DNA of 64,000 nucleotides from an uncultured Candidatus Saccharibacteria bacterium. Lineage in GTDB: Bacteria; Patescibacteriota; WWE3; UBA101185; UBA10185. Position numbers and translations under genes: made by a program. Shown here piece after piece: positions 29,868 through 39,450 of this stretch. The notes under the pieces were generated by a model. It was not told the DNA's origin. It was given only the letters and a program-made list of their open reading frames with translations, and searched no databases. The stretch covers positions 2,252 to 66,251 of the forward strand of contig CAYLMU010000001.1 of NCBI GenBank assembly GCA_964385105.1, read 5' to 3'. Within the stretch, counting starts at the first letter, position 1, and each line of letters begins with the position of its first letter.

Positions 29868-31175
29868 ATGAGCGATTTGCCTTATGAACCGCTAGGTGGC
29901 GAACCACAAAACCCTGAACAGGGCTCTAATGTAGACAGTATACCCGAACCGGTACAAGACAAGGTACAAAAAAAACCTAGAAAACGTGTTGGATTATCAA
30001 AAACCGCATTCTTTATGATTTTTGCGCTACTTGTTTTAATAATCGGAGGGTATGTGGTTTATACCGTATTTAATGTTAACCAACCGCAAACTCCTCCACA
30101 AGATCAACCAGTCGAAGAGCCAATCGTTCCTCCGGTAGAAGAAGATTCAACAACACAACAATCATCAGAAGACGGGTGGATTGAATATTTTAACAAAACT
30201 GAAGAAATTTTAATTAAATATCCGCAAACAGCCAAATTTAGAGAACCTCAAGAAATGGGAATTTTTAATGTTTATGAAGTTACATATGCAACTGAGAGAC
30301 AAACTCAGGAGCTTAATACAGATGAAAATCTTCAGGATGGTTACATTGTGAGATTTTTGGTTCAAAATAATGTAACTAACACAGATTTAAATCAAATTGC
30401 ACTTGATAAACGAAACAGCTACATAATAAGGTGCCCTGACACAGCAACCATATCAAATATTACTCAATCAACTATTTCAAATTTGAACGCACTTACTATA
30501 ACCGTTGAAAACTGTAACGGTAACTTTATAGACTCATTTACACTGCGGGATAATGATTTGGTTGAAGTGTTGCAAGTTTATCAGGGAGACCTTGGATTTA
30601 GGCAAGTACACAGAAACAGCACAATTGAAATTGTTAACCGGTTTGAGTTCACAAACATAATTCAAGCTACGCCAAAAGAAACCTGGACAACACACACCGA
30701 ACCTTCATATGGAATAAGATTTAGATATCCGTCTGAGTTTAACTCAACATGCTGTAGTTTAAACGGACCTGTTTCAACAACAGTACAAAAAAGAATTATT
30801 TTGGCTGATAACGAAAGTGTGGAAAAGGGACAAGGTCAGAAATTTACCGGCTTTGGCGTGTTTATAGAACCAAACAGAGATCAAACTGGGTTTTATCAAT
30901 ATGTTGAAGAACAAAAACAATTGTTAAAAGAAAATTACAGGGTGGTAGTAGGAAAAGAGCCTCCCCAGCTTACTCAAGATGAAGTGACGATTTCAGGTCA
31001 ACCGGGAATAAAACTTACAGGTTATGCCTGGTGGGGTGATATGTACTTTGTTCCGTTGGTGAATCAGCGAAGTATAATGGTAATTTCAAAAACCGAACTT
31101 AACCCCGGAGAATTTGATGAACTCTTTTCAGATATATTAGGTTCATTCGAATTATATAATCCTGTAAACAGATAA
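29868..31175 (+). CDS. single-TM protein with two PsbP-like extracellular domains
   Basis: TM plus Pro linker; two W..Y/H...I.YP repeats, each ending in ..F.F/L. Confidence 0.6.
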   Translation: MSDLPYEPLGGEPQNPEQGSNVDSIPEPVQDKVQKKPRKRVGLSKTAFFMIFALLVLIIGGYVVYTVFNVNQPQTPPQDQPVEEPIVPPVEEDSTTQQSSEDGWIEYFNKTEEILIKYPQTAKFREPQEMGIFNVYEVTYATERQTQELNTDENLQDGYIVRFLVQNNVTNTDLNQIALDKRNSYIIRCPDTATISNITQSTISNLNALTITVENCNGNFIDSFTLRDNDLVEVLQVYQGDLGFRQVHRNSTIEIVNRFEFTNIIQATPKETWTTHTEPSYGIRFRYPSEFNSTCCSLNGPVSTTVQKRIILADNESVEKGQGQKFTGFGVFIEPNRDQTGFYQYVEEQKQLLKENYRVVVGKEPPQLTQDEVTISGQPGIKLTGYAWWGDMYFVPLVNQRSIMVISKTELNPGEFDELFSDILGSFELYNPVNR

Positions 31176-31182
31176 AAAATCG

Positions 31183-31236
31183 CTTACAGGTTTCTAACAA
31201 ACTTCTAACTTAAAAATTATACTTAACGCTTATATT
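31183..31236 (+). promoter_or_regulatory. direct-repeat regulator box plus -10 (site B)
   Basis: CTTACA-N5-CTAACA-N5-CTAACT; TATATT 31 nt after second repeat. Confidence 0.6.
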
Positions 31237-31275
31237 AAAAATATACATTAACAACTTACAAGGAGGTGAGGTTTA

Positions 31276-31776
31276 ATGCCAAACGAAAGAAATGATGGCA
31301 TGACAAATCCTATTGCCTGGATAGCTTTAATTGTTGCAGGTGCAGCACTTATTCTGGCCGTCACTGCTTATAACAGAGCAGGAACAGACTTAAGCACTGT
31401 AATCGAACAAGAAGCAGAACAGGCCGTAGAGGAAATTGATACAACTGCCGAAGAATTAGAACGTAATGTAAATGTTGCTGCTGCAAGAGCTGAAGCAGTA
31501 ACTAGATTAACAGCATTAAGAGCGCAAGTTGCAGCTGAAGAAGCCGGTGAAGAAGCAGCACAGGAAGTTGCAGATATACGAGCAGACCTGGAAGCAGCTT
31601 ATACCGAAACTTCTGAACAGGCGCAACAGGAATTTAGCGAAATCGATGCTGACTTAGAACAACTTGAAAACCAGATACGAGCAGGTTCGGTCGATGCACT
31701 GAATACTCTCGATGGTCTCATTGATTTATTGAGACAAGATACTCAAGAGGATGTTGAAGGTAATCCTTTTGACTAA
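31276..31776 (+). CDS. membrane-anchored acidic coiled-coil protein
   Basis: SD AAGGAGGTGA; TM then Ala/Glu-rich helices. Confidence 0.8.
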   Translation: MPNERNDGMTNPIAWIALIVAGAALILAVTAYNRAGTDLSTVIEQEAEQAVEEIDTTAEELERNVNVAAARAEAVTRLTALRAQVAAEEAGEEAAQEVADIRADLEAAYTETSEQAQQEFSEIDADLEQLENQIRAGSVDALNTLDGLIDLLRQDTQEDVEGNPFD

Positions 31777-31832
31777 ATCTTTACAACTTAATATATAAAC
31801 CGGCTTTTGGGCAGGCAGGTTTTAGGAGCAAG

Positions 31833-31861
31833 AATCCCCCGTAAATACACGGGGGATTTTT
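31833..31861. terminator. hairpin terminator between convergent genes
   Basis: AATCCCCCGT...ACGGGGGATTTTT. Confidence 0.7.
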
Positions 31862-32047
31862 AATTTTTGAAATATTTTTTGTTATTTTTGGTTATTTTTG
31901 GTTATGGCGGAAGGTGTGTAATATGAAGTTTAAGAGCAAATGAGAATGATTTTATTGAAAGTTTGAAAAAAAATGGCTCGCAACAAATTTTCTCCAATCA
32001 ACCGTATGGTTTCTCTTTGAATTTTTGTTACGAGCCTAAGATGGGGT

Positions 32048-33715
32048 TTAACGAATCCGTTCGTAGAAGACTACGAGGGCATTTTCGTATATCCCATCAG
32101 GTGTTTCATCCCACCAGCATGTCACAATCATCAAATCGTATACATCCCTGTGGGAATGGGCATTGTTTAACCAGTAGATGTCGCGCTTAACAACAACGCG
32201 ATCAACAACGCGGTAAAGACGCCCATTTACCTCAACTTCCGGACAAAACAGTAGACGCGCACCCGGTCCTAATCGACCTAACTCATCATCAAGATGCACC
32301 TCATACTGTTTGCTTCCTACTCTCTTGGCTTCTCGAAGAGAATTTTCATAGTGCGGGTTTTGACGTGCATCAACAATGTTGATGCGGCCTCCACACATTA
32401 CTATTTCCTCTTGCTCTAGTGCGCCGAGATCGGGTAAGTCCGGAGCAAAATATGCAGCAAAACCGCCCTGTGGAACGTATCCCGGCGGGGGTTCGTCGCC
32501 AGACTTCTTAGTGATTAGACGACCGATTTTTTCGTGTTGGCATGCATTTGCTATGCCTACATCGACGCCTAATTTCTCCCACTCGCCTTTGGACTCATTG
32601 AAATGAAACTGCGTTTCAACGGGTACGTACTCGTCCGTGGGCAAATACACCTCCATGCTTGTGAAATACGTTCCCACACTGGGGTACCATTCAAAAGCAT
32701 CTGGATCTGCGTTTGCCTGCATAGAGGTTGACTCAATGCCATTGTAAGTCATGTAAATATGACCACCTTCAAACAAAGAGTAAACTCGTGTATCAGGCTC
32801 CGAAATCCATTCGTTCCCGTCTACATCATAAAACACCTCACCATTCGCACCTGCACCCGTGCAAGGCTCGTTTGTTGGTGTGATGTAAGGTGTAGATGTA
32901 ACAGTCGGCGTGTTCGTGGCAGTTGCCGTTCCCGTGGGAGGCGGTACAGTTGCCGTCGAAGTTGCCGTGGGAGTGTTTGTCGGCGTGTTCGTGGCAGTTG
33001 CCGTTGAAGTTGCCGTTCCCGTGGGAGTATTCGTTGGGGGCGGCACGGTCACTGTCGGCGTCATTGTGGCCGTAGGAGTTTCCGTACTAGTACTCGTTGC
33101 CGTGGGAGTGTTTGTCGGCGTGTTCGTGGCAGTTGCCGTTGAAGTTGCCGTTCCCGTGGGAGTATTCGTTGGGGGCACGGTCACTGTCGGCGTCATTGTG
33201 GCCGTGGGAGTGTCTGTCGGCGGAGGGGACACCTCTACAAAAAAGGCTACAGAATCCTCACTCCGCAAAAAATACTCACCAGATTCCTCAACCGTGTATG
33301 TAAATACAACGGTCATGCCCTGGGGTAGTTCCACAAAACTACCGTTTTCGCCACGCAAGGTGACTCGACGGTTGTCGACGTCGTCATCTAAAACCACGAT
33401 GACCAGTCGTGTTCCAGTGGCGTATTTACCGAGAGATGTTTCCGCTCGGTAAAGTGGTTGTACGGGCGGCCCGGTGTTATCCCAAACCCTAACTTCCATG
33501 CCATCAGGCACAGTAAACTCCCTCACTCTCGGCAACCATGTGTTGTTGCCGTGTGTCCGCTTTATCTCAAGCTGACCGTGAGATGCCCTGATGGTTTCAC
33601 CTTCGGTAAACTGCCCCAGATATTGCACTGGGGAAGTTTGAGCCAAGGCAATGGAAAAGAAAAGAAAACACACTAACACCAACAAAATGAACATCAACCA
33701 TTTGTATTTCCTCAT
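32048..33715 (-). CDS. secreted multidomain protein with Pro/Thr linker and C-terminal sortase-like domain
   Basis: SD AAGGAG before ATG 33715; signal peptide ending ALA; long PT repeat; C-terminal YEVH...LGRLGPG...YRV...LMIVTC...LVVF. Confidence 0.75.
   Translation of the reverse strand: MRKYKWLMFILLVLVCFLFFSIALAQTSPVQYLGQFTEGETIRASHGQLEIKRTHGNNTWLPRVREFTVPDGMEVRVWDNTGPPVQPLYRAETSLGKYATGTRLVIVVLDDDVDNRRVTLRGENGSFVELPQGMTVVFTYTVEESGEYFLRSEDSVAFFVEVSPPPTDTPTATMTPTVTVPPTNTPTGTATSTATATNTPTNTPTATSTSTETPTATMTPTVTVPPPTNTPTGTATSTATATNTPTNTPTATSTATVPPPTGTATATNTPTVTSTPYITPTNEPCTGAGANGEVFYDVDGNEWISEPDTRVYSLFEGGHIYMTYNGIESTSMQANADPDAFEWYPSVGTYFTSMEVYLPTDEYVPVETQFHFNESKGEWEKLGVDVGIANACQHEKIGRLITKKSGDEPPPGYVPQGGFAAYFAPDLPDLGALEQEEIVMCGGRINIVDARQNPHYENSLREAKRVGSKQYEVHLDDELGRLGPGARLLFCPEVEVNGRLYRVVDRVVVKRDIYWLNNAHSHRDVYDLMIVTCWWDETPDGIYENALVVFYERIR
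32961..33205. repeat. tandem duplication, period 135 bp, encoding Pro/Thr linker (partial third copy 32904-32939)
   Basis: GTTGCCGTGGGAGTGTTTGTCGGCGTGTTC... starts at 32961 and 33096; one 3-nt indel between copies. Confidence 0.9.
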
Positions 33716-33910
33716 ACCAATCATCTCCTTTTTTCGAACTATGATTGTGTTTACGTCAGTTCTTATCCATATCCTCAAAACATCCAAGGACATAAACAAG
33801 ATAAACGTAAACACGCTAAATTTTCAAAGAACGGGAATAAATCGGTTCGGGCAGTAGCAACTGAGTGACTGGCATTAAATGCCGTAATTAAGCCACATTT
33901 TGCTTGTAGT

Positions 33911-33938
33911 ATTATATCAAAATTGCCAGATTTGTCAA
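33911..33938 (-). promoter_or_regulatory. consensus sigma70 promoter for the sortase-fusion gene
   Basis: minus strand TTGACA-N16-TATAAT with TG extension. Confidence 0.8.
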
Positions 33939-33950
33939 ACTATAGGGTAA

Positions 33951-34025
33951 TGGTGACCCCACGGAGAATCGAACTCCGGTTTCCAGATTGAGAATCTGGC
34001 GTCCTAACCGCTAGACGATGGGGCC
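33951..34025 (-). tRNA. tRNA-Glu(CTC)
   Basis: GGCCCCA...CCAGA-TTCTCAA-TCTGG...GTTCGATTC...TGGGGTCACCA cloverleaf with encoded CCA. Confidence 0.95.
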
Positions 34026-34126
34026 GCAACAAAGGAGCCGCAATAAACGTTTCAATTATACTACATTTGCTTTACATACAGCCAAATTTTGCATTTTTTG
34101 CTTTATTTATGCATAATGTACGTTGA

Positions 34127-34558
34127 ATGACCACATTGCAAAATAATAAGCTTTTAATACTTTTTCCGGTTTTGGCGATTTTTGCCATTTTGGCTTATTT
34201 ACAATTCACGTCTTACAAACCATCCGGTATAGCCATACCTCAAGGAGTCAAAGGAACCACCACAAAAAATACTGCGATTATACTTCCGCAGCCATTAAAC
34301 ACTGAGGTAATCAGCAATAGTGAAAATATTAACGGGTATCAAACCACTTTAAAAACACAAAAACAGTTTAATGATGTTTACGCCTTTTATCAAAGTGTTT
34401 TAAACGATAAAGGTTGGACTGTAGACCATCAAAACCTGAAATCAGATAATTTTGTGGGTAGCTACAAAAAAGACGCGTACAAACTGACACTTTCAATATT
34501 CGCACAAGAAGAAAATTTAGAAGAAACTATTGTTAGCCTAGACGTTTATAAAGATTAA
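34127..34558 (+). CDS. hypothetical membrane-anchored protein
   Basis: N-terminal TM; FYQSVL..KGW pattern. Confidence 0.7.
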   Translation: MTTLQNNKLLILFPVLAIFAILAYLQFTSYKPSGIAIPQGVKGTTTKNTAIILPQPLNTEVISNSENINGYQTTLKTQKQFNDVYAFYQSVLNDKGWTVDHQNLKSDNFVGSYKKDAYKLTLSIFAQEENLEETIVSLDVYKD

Positions 34559-34565
34559 CCGTTGC

Positions 34566-36335
34566 TTAATCGTCTTTATCTTTTGTACCTCTTAAAAACA
34601 CAGCTCTCCATGGTTGGTAACGTGTTGTAAATGTATCTTCGTGCAAAACTTCTCCGTCTCGTGTAACTGTTCTGTTAAATGATGCTGTTGCTCCCCAAGC
34701 TGCAAAGTCAACTTGCCTTACTACACCTTCATCTAAAGTTTCATCATCAATATATTGAGTTTCGGGTGGCGGAGTTTGGTTTGTAACAATAGGTTCGGTT
34801 AACTGAACTTCACGTCCGTCAGGTGTGCCGTAAATTTTAAATCCCAAAGTTTGAGTATCGTCAACATTGTACATTTGTACAAGAATATAGTTTGGCGTGT
34901 CGTTTTTAAATTGAAAATCAAGCGATGGCTGGTAAATTGATGCGTCCATGCCTACTGGTGATTCTATTTCATAGTATACAACTCTATATGCATGGGGGTG
35001 TCGTGTAACTACAGGCAAACCTGAATTCAGCACGGCTCTAAAAAGTGTGGTTGAGGTTTGGCATACTCCTCCGCCGTCACCAAGCACAGTACGTCCGTTT
35101 GAAATAACATATGCCGTTTGATATCCTGTTGCTCCGCTTATGTCACCAACCGATCTGTTAAAAGAGTATATTTGTCCGGGCGGAACTAATACTCCGTCTG
35201 TTCTTTGTGCGGCCAGTTTTAGGTTATGGGCTCTGGATGCGGCAGACCCGGTGTATTTTGAAACTCCTTCGCCTAGAAGTGCGTAAATACCATATTTTTT
35301 AGGGTCAGCTTCCGAAACGGTAAGCATAGACAGTTCAAAACTTTTATTGTCGGCGGATTCTGTAAAAAGAGCATTTTTAAAATCATTGCTGAATTTTTTT
35401 GTATCCAGCTCTTTTCCTTCTTGCGTGATTACAAAATCAGTAACCCGCCCGTCGGCAGACTCTGTTACCCTTCCTCTTGGTGCAACGTTTACATCTTGTG
35501 CTAATAATTCGGCATAAGCCTCAACGACAGGGTCATTCATCCTTAATTCAAATTTGCTTTTTTCTCCTTTGGATACGGTTAAAAATGGCAGGATTTTTTG
35601 GGAATCGAGTTCCCAGGTGGTTTCGTTATAAGAAATAGTTATTGGACTGGAAATAATTTGCTTTACTTGCGGCTCAAAATTTTTGAGATTACTTTGAACC
35701 ACGTCGGCGGGTACAGTGCTTACAACCAAAGATTTTTCACTAAAATCCATTTGATCAAAACTTGAAACAACCAGTTCGTATAGTTCATCGCCGCCTACAC
35801 TGCTGCCTGTTTTTTCGGGAATTATGACTATATTCTCGCCCTCAAAAGCAAATCTTGCGCTTTCGGGTAAAGAATTTATTTCACCTTTTATTGTGGCAAG
35901 TGTATTGCTGAGCGAATCGGAATCTATTGAATAATGGGCTTTTATGCGCAAAGGTTTTATTAAACCCGCAATTTTGTCTTTTGTATCAATTGCAATGTTT
36001 CCTGTACGACCGACTTCAAAAACGCGTGCAACAGTTCCGTCTACTGAATACTGCAAATCAAGCTCATCGGCGTTTATATTAAAACCGGTTTCGCCGTGTT
36101 TTAAAGCCAGATTACGTGAACCAAGAGAGTTGTGTTTTGCTTCTAGAGCTGCTTTAGCCTGACTAAAGGTTTTACCGCCAAGTTTTACATCACCAACGTA
36201 CACTCCGGGAATCACTCGTGTTGCAAAGTAAACATGGTAAACGGTGATTAAAACAATAAAAATATAGAAGGGGGTAAGAAGTTTTTTAGCTTTTGCTATT
36301 TTGTTCTTGTCTATTCCTTTTATTTTGAGCATCAT
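34566..36335 (-). CDS. VanW family protein with peptidoglycan-binding-like repeats
   Basis: RAHNLKLAA, YSFN, GGGVCQTSTTLF, RHPH, DFQFKNDT. Confidence 0.9.
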   Translation of the reverse strand: MMLKIKGIDKNKIAKAKKLLTPFYIFIVLITVYHVYFATRVIPGVYVGDVKLGGKTFSQAKAALEAKHNSLGSRNLALKHGETGFNINADELDLQYSVDGTVARVFEVGRTGNIAIDTKDKIAGLIKPLRIKAHYSIDSDSLSNTLATIKGEINSLPESARFAFEGENIVIIPEKTGSSVGGDELYELVVSSFDQMDFSEKSLVVSTVPADVVQSNLKNFEPQVKQIISSPITISYNETTWELDSQKILPFLTVSKGEKSKFELRMNDPVVEAYAELLAQDVNVAPRGRVTESADGRVTDFVITQEGKELDTKKFSNDFKNALFTESADNKSFELSMLTVSEADPKKYGIYALLGEGVSKYTGSAASRAHNLKLAAQRTDGVLVPPGQIYSFNRSVGDISGATGYQTAYVISNGRTVLGDGGGVCQTSTTLFRAVLNSGLPVVTRHPHAYRVVYYEIESPVGMDASIYQPSLDFQFKNDTPNYILVQMYNVDDTQTLGFKIYGTPDGREVQLTEPIVTNQTPPPETQYIDDETLDEGVVRQVDFAAWGATASFNRTVTRDGEVLHEDTFTTRYQPWRAVFLRGTKDKDD

Positions 36336-36873
36336 CCTTCTTTCCTAAAATTGGCAGCCGAGAAGGCTTAATTACAAACTTTGTAATGTCCTCATCCATA
36401 TCTGTGGTTTCATCGGCGTATTCAAAAAGTTTTGACGAACCTGTTTTACCAAAAGCCACAACTTCTGTTTTAACACCTTGACTTCGCGAATACTCAAGCA
36501 ACGGAACATAATCACCATCACCGGAAACTAAGATTATAACATCAATTTTTGGAAGCAATCTTACTACATCCATACATATACCCACGTCCCAATCACCTTT
36601 TTTGCTGCCGTCATAAAAAATCTGCAATTCTTTGGCTTTTACTTCAAATCCTCTATGCTGTAATGCCTCGAAAAATTCCTTTTCAAGGCCAACATCTGCT
36701 TTAACAACATATGCAAACGCTCTTATAAGTTTGCGGTCTTGCACTGCTTCATTTAAAACCTTTCCAAAATCAACCTTCGCACTATATAAATTTTTGGCTG
36801 AGTAGTACATATTTTGAACATCAACAAAAACTGCAACCCTCTGCTCTGAATGCTTTATGGTATTTTTTATCAT
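36286..36873 (-). CDS. NYN-domain (LabA/DUF88) protein
   Basis: VFVDVQNMY, KGDWDVG, VSGDGDY; start taken at ATG 36873. Confidence 0.9.
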   Translation of the reverse strand: MIKNTIKHSEQRVAVFVDVQNMYYSAKNLYSAKVDFGKVLNEAVQDRKLIRAFAYVVKADVGLEKEFFEALQHRGFEVKAKELQIFYDGSKKGDWDVGICMDVVRLLPKIDVIILVSGDGDYVPLLEYSRSQGVKTEVVAFGKTGSSKLFEYADETTDMDEDITKFVIKPSRLPILGKKDDAQNKRNRQEQNSKS

Positions 36874-36959
36874 CAGGTATGATTTTAACATTATATTGGT
36901 CAATTTACAGTTGATGTTATAATATTTGTTGCAAGTAGCAAATTTGAAAGGAAATAAAT

Positions 36960-37082
36960 ATGTTAACAAAACTTAAAACAATGTTAAAAAGTAATAAACC
37001 TTCAAAAGATCATAAACATGAGCATTCACACGAGTACAGTGAGGAGCACGAATGCCACTGCGGTGGCGGGTGCGGTTGCTAA
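36960..37082 (+). CDS. 40-aa His/Cys-rich microprotein (not in ORF track)
   Basis: MLTKLKTMLKSNKPSKDHKHEHSHEYSEEHECHCGGGCGC; TG-T-TATAAT at 36915-36923, SD AAGGA, terminator after. Confidence 0.65.
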   Translation: MLTKLKTMLKSNKPSKDHKHEHSHEYSEEHECHCGGGCGC

Positions 37083-37106
37083 GCTATTTTTTGTGTGATT
37101 GTATGC

Positions 37107-37138
37107 AAAAAAGCGTTCTTGTAAAAGAGCGCTTTTTT
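37107..37138 (+). terminator. intrinsic terminator
   Basis: AAAAAAGCGTTCTT...AAGAGCGCTTTTTT. Confidence 0.75.
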
Positions 37139-37165
37139 GTTTATGTTGTATAATACGTGGGTTAT

Positions 37166-37239
37166 TGGGGGATCGTCTAATGGTAGGACGTTGCACTCTG
37201 GATGCAAAAATTGGGGTTCGAATCCCTGTCCCCCAGCCA
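37166..37239 (+). tRNA. tRNA-Gln(CTG)
   Basis: TGGGGGA...TTGCA-CTCTGGA-TGCAA...GGTTCGAATCC...TCCCCCAGCCA; U1-A72 pair; TATAAT upstream. Confidence 0.95.
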
Positions 37240-37271
37240 CATAAACCGCTTATTTAAAGTAATAATAGCGC

Positions 37272-38198
37272 TTAATCAAACTCTATATTAGAAACTACAA
37301 CCCGGGATAAATCTAGTCCTTCTTCAAAATTGGTGTAAGACCTCCAAAACATATATTCGTTTCCTTTCTTTAGGATTATTACCTGGTTGCTATATTCCGT
37401 ATAAGTAATACCTGTTCTTAAGCCATGCTCGATAAAATAAAATTCTCTATCTTCGTGGACTATTTTATAAACATTTTGGTTAATCACCTCTACAAAATTA
37501 TGGTCTTTGTTTTTTTTGTTTATTTTTTGTATGGCATCATCAACGGCAGCATTTAAACTATCAAATTCATAAATTTGTAGGTCGGGCTCGATGCGTAACT
37601 CTAGATAGTTCGAATTTCTATCAAATTTTTTGCTGCTATAAACTTTAGCGTTCTTAATATAATTCTCACCAAAAAATTCAAGCCAAATAATGTTTCGATT
37701 ATCATCATTGTAGAAGGAGTTTTCAGGTACATATACTGTTAAATCAAATTTGCTTGACTGATACGGCTCCCACACTTGTTTCATATTTTGAAACTTCAAT
37801 TCTTCATAACTTATGTCAGAACTGTTTAAATTAAGTTGCTTATTAAGTAACTCTTTTTGACTTGATTCCCATGAGTAAGTCCTATAAGAAAATACAGCGT
37901 AAATTCCCAAATATACTAGCAAAAAATAAGCTAACAGATAAAATGCTTTTTTTATAGAAATAGTTCGGTTTATAACAAATATGGCACTTAAACTTAATAA
38001 ATAGCTAAATAATGCACTTGGCACTAAAGTTGTTATTATGCCCGGAATCAGAAAGCATACACCTTTACAATCAGGCCACAAAAGAGGTGCAAGTACTATA
38101 CTCAAGATTGCGGCCGGAGTAGACATTATAGGTAAAAATACTAAAGTTAAAGCCGGGGAAAGAGCCGCAATAATGAGTTCGAGTTTTTTCATTTTCAT
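37272..38198 (-). CDS. hypothetical membrane protein (3-4 TM plus soluble domain)
   Basis: 308-aa ORF; TATAAT 6 nt before ATG. Confidence 0.7.
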   Translation of the reverse strand: MKMKKLELIIAALSPALTLVFLPIMSTPAAILSIVLAPLLWPDCKGVCFLIPGIITTLVPSALFSYLLSLSAIFVINRTISIKKAFYLLAYFLLVYLGIYAVFSYRTYSWESSQKELLNKQLNLNSSDISYEELKFQNMKQVWEPYQSSKFDLTVYVPENSFYNDDNRNIIWLEFFGENYIKNAKVYSSKKFDRNSNYLELRIEPDLQIYEFDSLNAAVDDAIQKINKKNKDHNFVEVINQNVYKIVHEDREFYFIEHGLRTGITYTEYSNQVIILKKGNEYMFWRSYTNFEEGLDLSRVVVSNIEFD

Positions 38199-38253
38199 AT
38201 GTAAATTATACTGTAGTATATAAAATTAAAACGATATGGTTTATTATTTAGAT

Positions 38254-38724
38254 ATGAATCAACTCGAAAAACCGGCTCCACAAGAAATTCGCTCTTCTGA
38301 TCATGAACCTATAAGTGCCCACCTGTGCTATGAATATTTAGGTATTGATGCAGGGCTTGTTGCCGCCTTTAGTGCTGGGGATTCAACATATGGGATATTT
38401 AGAGTCGTTGAATCAGCAGCATGTCTGAAGGAAGATCAAGAGAGACTTCTACCATTAGGTAGCTATGTTATTGCAATGTTTGACGAAAATGACCCTAACA
38501 AAAAAATCATCCCCGAAAGCGTAAAAGTATTAGAACTCGGAGAAAATGAATTTGGTAGAGCTTCCGACCTATTATATGTAAATGATACAAGAATATCCCG
38601 TGAGCATGCAATTATTATCGTTGATGAAAATGGTGTTACTATTAAGGATTCAGGAAGCAGAAACGGAACTAATGATATTCTTGAGGAAATAAGAAGCCGA
38701 ATTGAGACTTCTTCAGAAACGTAA
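38254..38724 (+). CDS. FHA-domain protein
   Basis: FGRA...ISREHA...DSGSRNGT FHA motifs. Confidence 0.85.
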   Translation: MNQLEKPAPQEIRSSDHEPISAHLCYEYLGIDAGLVAAFSAGDSTYGIFRVVESAACLKEDQERLLPLGSYVIAMFDENDPNKKIIPESVKVLELGENEFGRASDLLYVNDTRISREHAIIIVDENGVTIKDSGSRNGTNDILEEIRSRIETSSET

Positions 38725-38752
38725 CCAGTTTTACCAACTCCAGCACCACGGC
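38725..38752 (-). pseudogene. degenerate 5' fragment of a tRNA-Leu-like gene
   Basis: minus strand GCCGTGG-TG-CTGGAGTTGGTAAAACTGG resembles acceptor 5' strand plus D-arm; no anticodon or T arm follows. Confidence 0.4.
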
Positions 38753-38767
38753 GGAAGCGAGAAAATA

Positions 38768-39148
38768 TTAAGAAGTTTGGTGTCCGGTTAAAAATAAGGT
38801 TAAATCTTTCTCATTAATCTTACTATTTGCAATATCGATTCCTAATTTCACTAATTCTTTGTTAGAAAGTTCAATTCGAACACCATTTAATTCCAAAAAT
38901 ACTAAACCTGCGTGCAAACCCGTGCGTTTATTACCGTCGGTAAATGGGCGGTTTTTGATAATAGAAAACACTAAAGCTGTCGCCTTTTCGTAAACATCCG
39001 CGTACAAATCTTTACCGTCAAATGTGGTTTGTGGTCTTAAAACAGCAGATTCCAATAATCTTACATCTTTAATGCCGGGAGATTCGCCAAATTTTTCAAT
39101 TTGATATTCATGAAGTATCAAAATCTCTTCTAAAGTTAAGTACTTCAC
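38768..39148 (-). CDS. doc: death-on-curing (Doc/Fic) toxin, catalytic His replaced by Arg
   Basis: LLESAVLRP, NRPFTDGNKRT; GTG start overlapping antitoxin stop. Confidence 0.88.
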   Translation of the reverse strand: MKYLTLEEILILHEYQIEKFGESPGIKDVRLLESAVLRPQTTFDGKDLYADVYEKATALVFSIIKNRPFTDGNKRTGLHAGLVFLELNGVRIELSNKELVKLGIDIANSKINEKDLTLFLTGHQTS

Positions 39149-39381
39149 TTAGACGAGAGTTCTTTAAACGCTGCTTTGTATTTTTCACCCACTTTTTCGG
39201 CAATTCGCAGAAATTCAGGAGAAACAGATGGTGATTGGGTTTTTTCTATAACAATTTTATCTTGAATATTTTCTATGTATAACTCTGTGCCTACATCTAG
39301 TTTTAAAGCGTCAAGCAAGGATTTGGGTAAAATTATGCCGATTGAATTACCTATTTTTGTTAATTTTTGTCTATATCTCAT
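39145..39381 (-). CDS. AbrB/MazE-type antitoxin
   Basis: KIGNSIGIILPK; C-terminal KYKAAFKELS; directly upstream of doc. Confidence 0.9.
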   Translation of the reverse strand: MRYRQKLTKIGNSIGIILPKSLLDALKLDVGTELYIENIQDKIVIEKTQSPSVSPEFLRIAEKVGEKYKAAFKELSSK

Positions 39382-39450
39382 GGTGATAACATGTTATAAC
39401 TTCATATGATGTGTGTCAAGTAAAGGTTCAAAATCCGTTATAATAACCAC

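Noticed and set aside
31876-31905. Short tandem GTTATTTTTG repeats
   Set aside because: About 2.5 low-complexity copies; no functional evidence.
31905-31918. TGGCGGAAGGTGTG resembling the reverse complement of a tRNA-Ser 3' end (possible att site)
   Set aside because: Only 14 nt, and it does not match the 3' end of the flanking tRNA-Glu, so it cannot be shown to bound the island.
32910-33452. 180-aa Val/Gly/Ala-rich plus-strand ORF
   Set aside because: Antisense reading of the Pro/Thr repeat.
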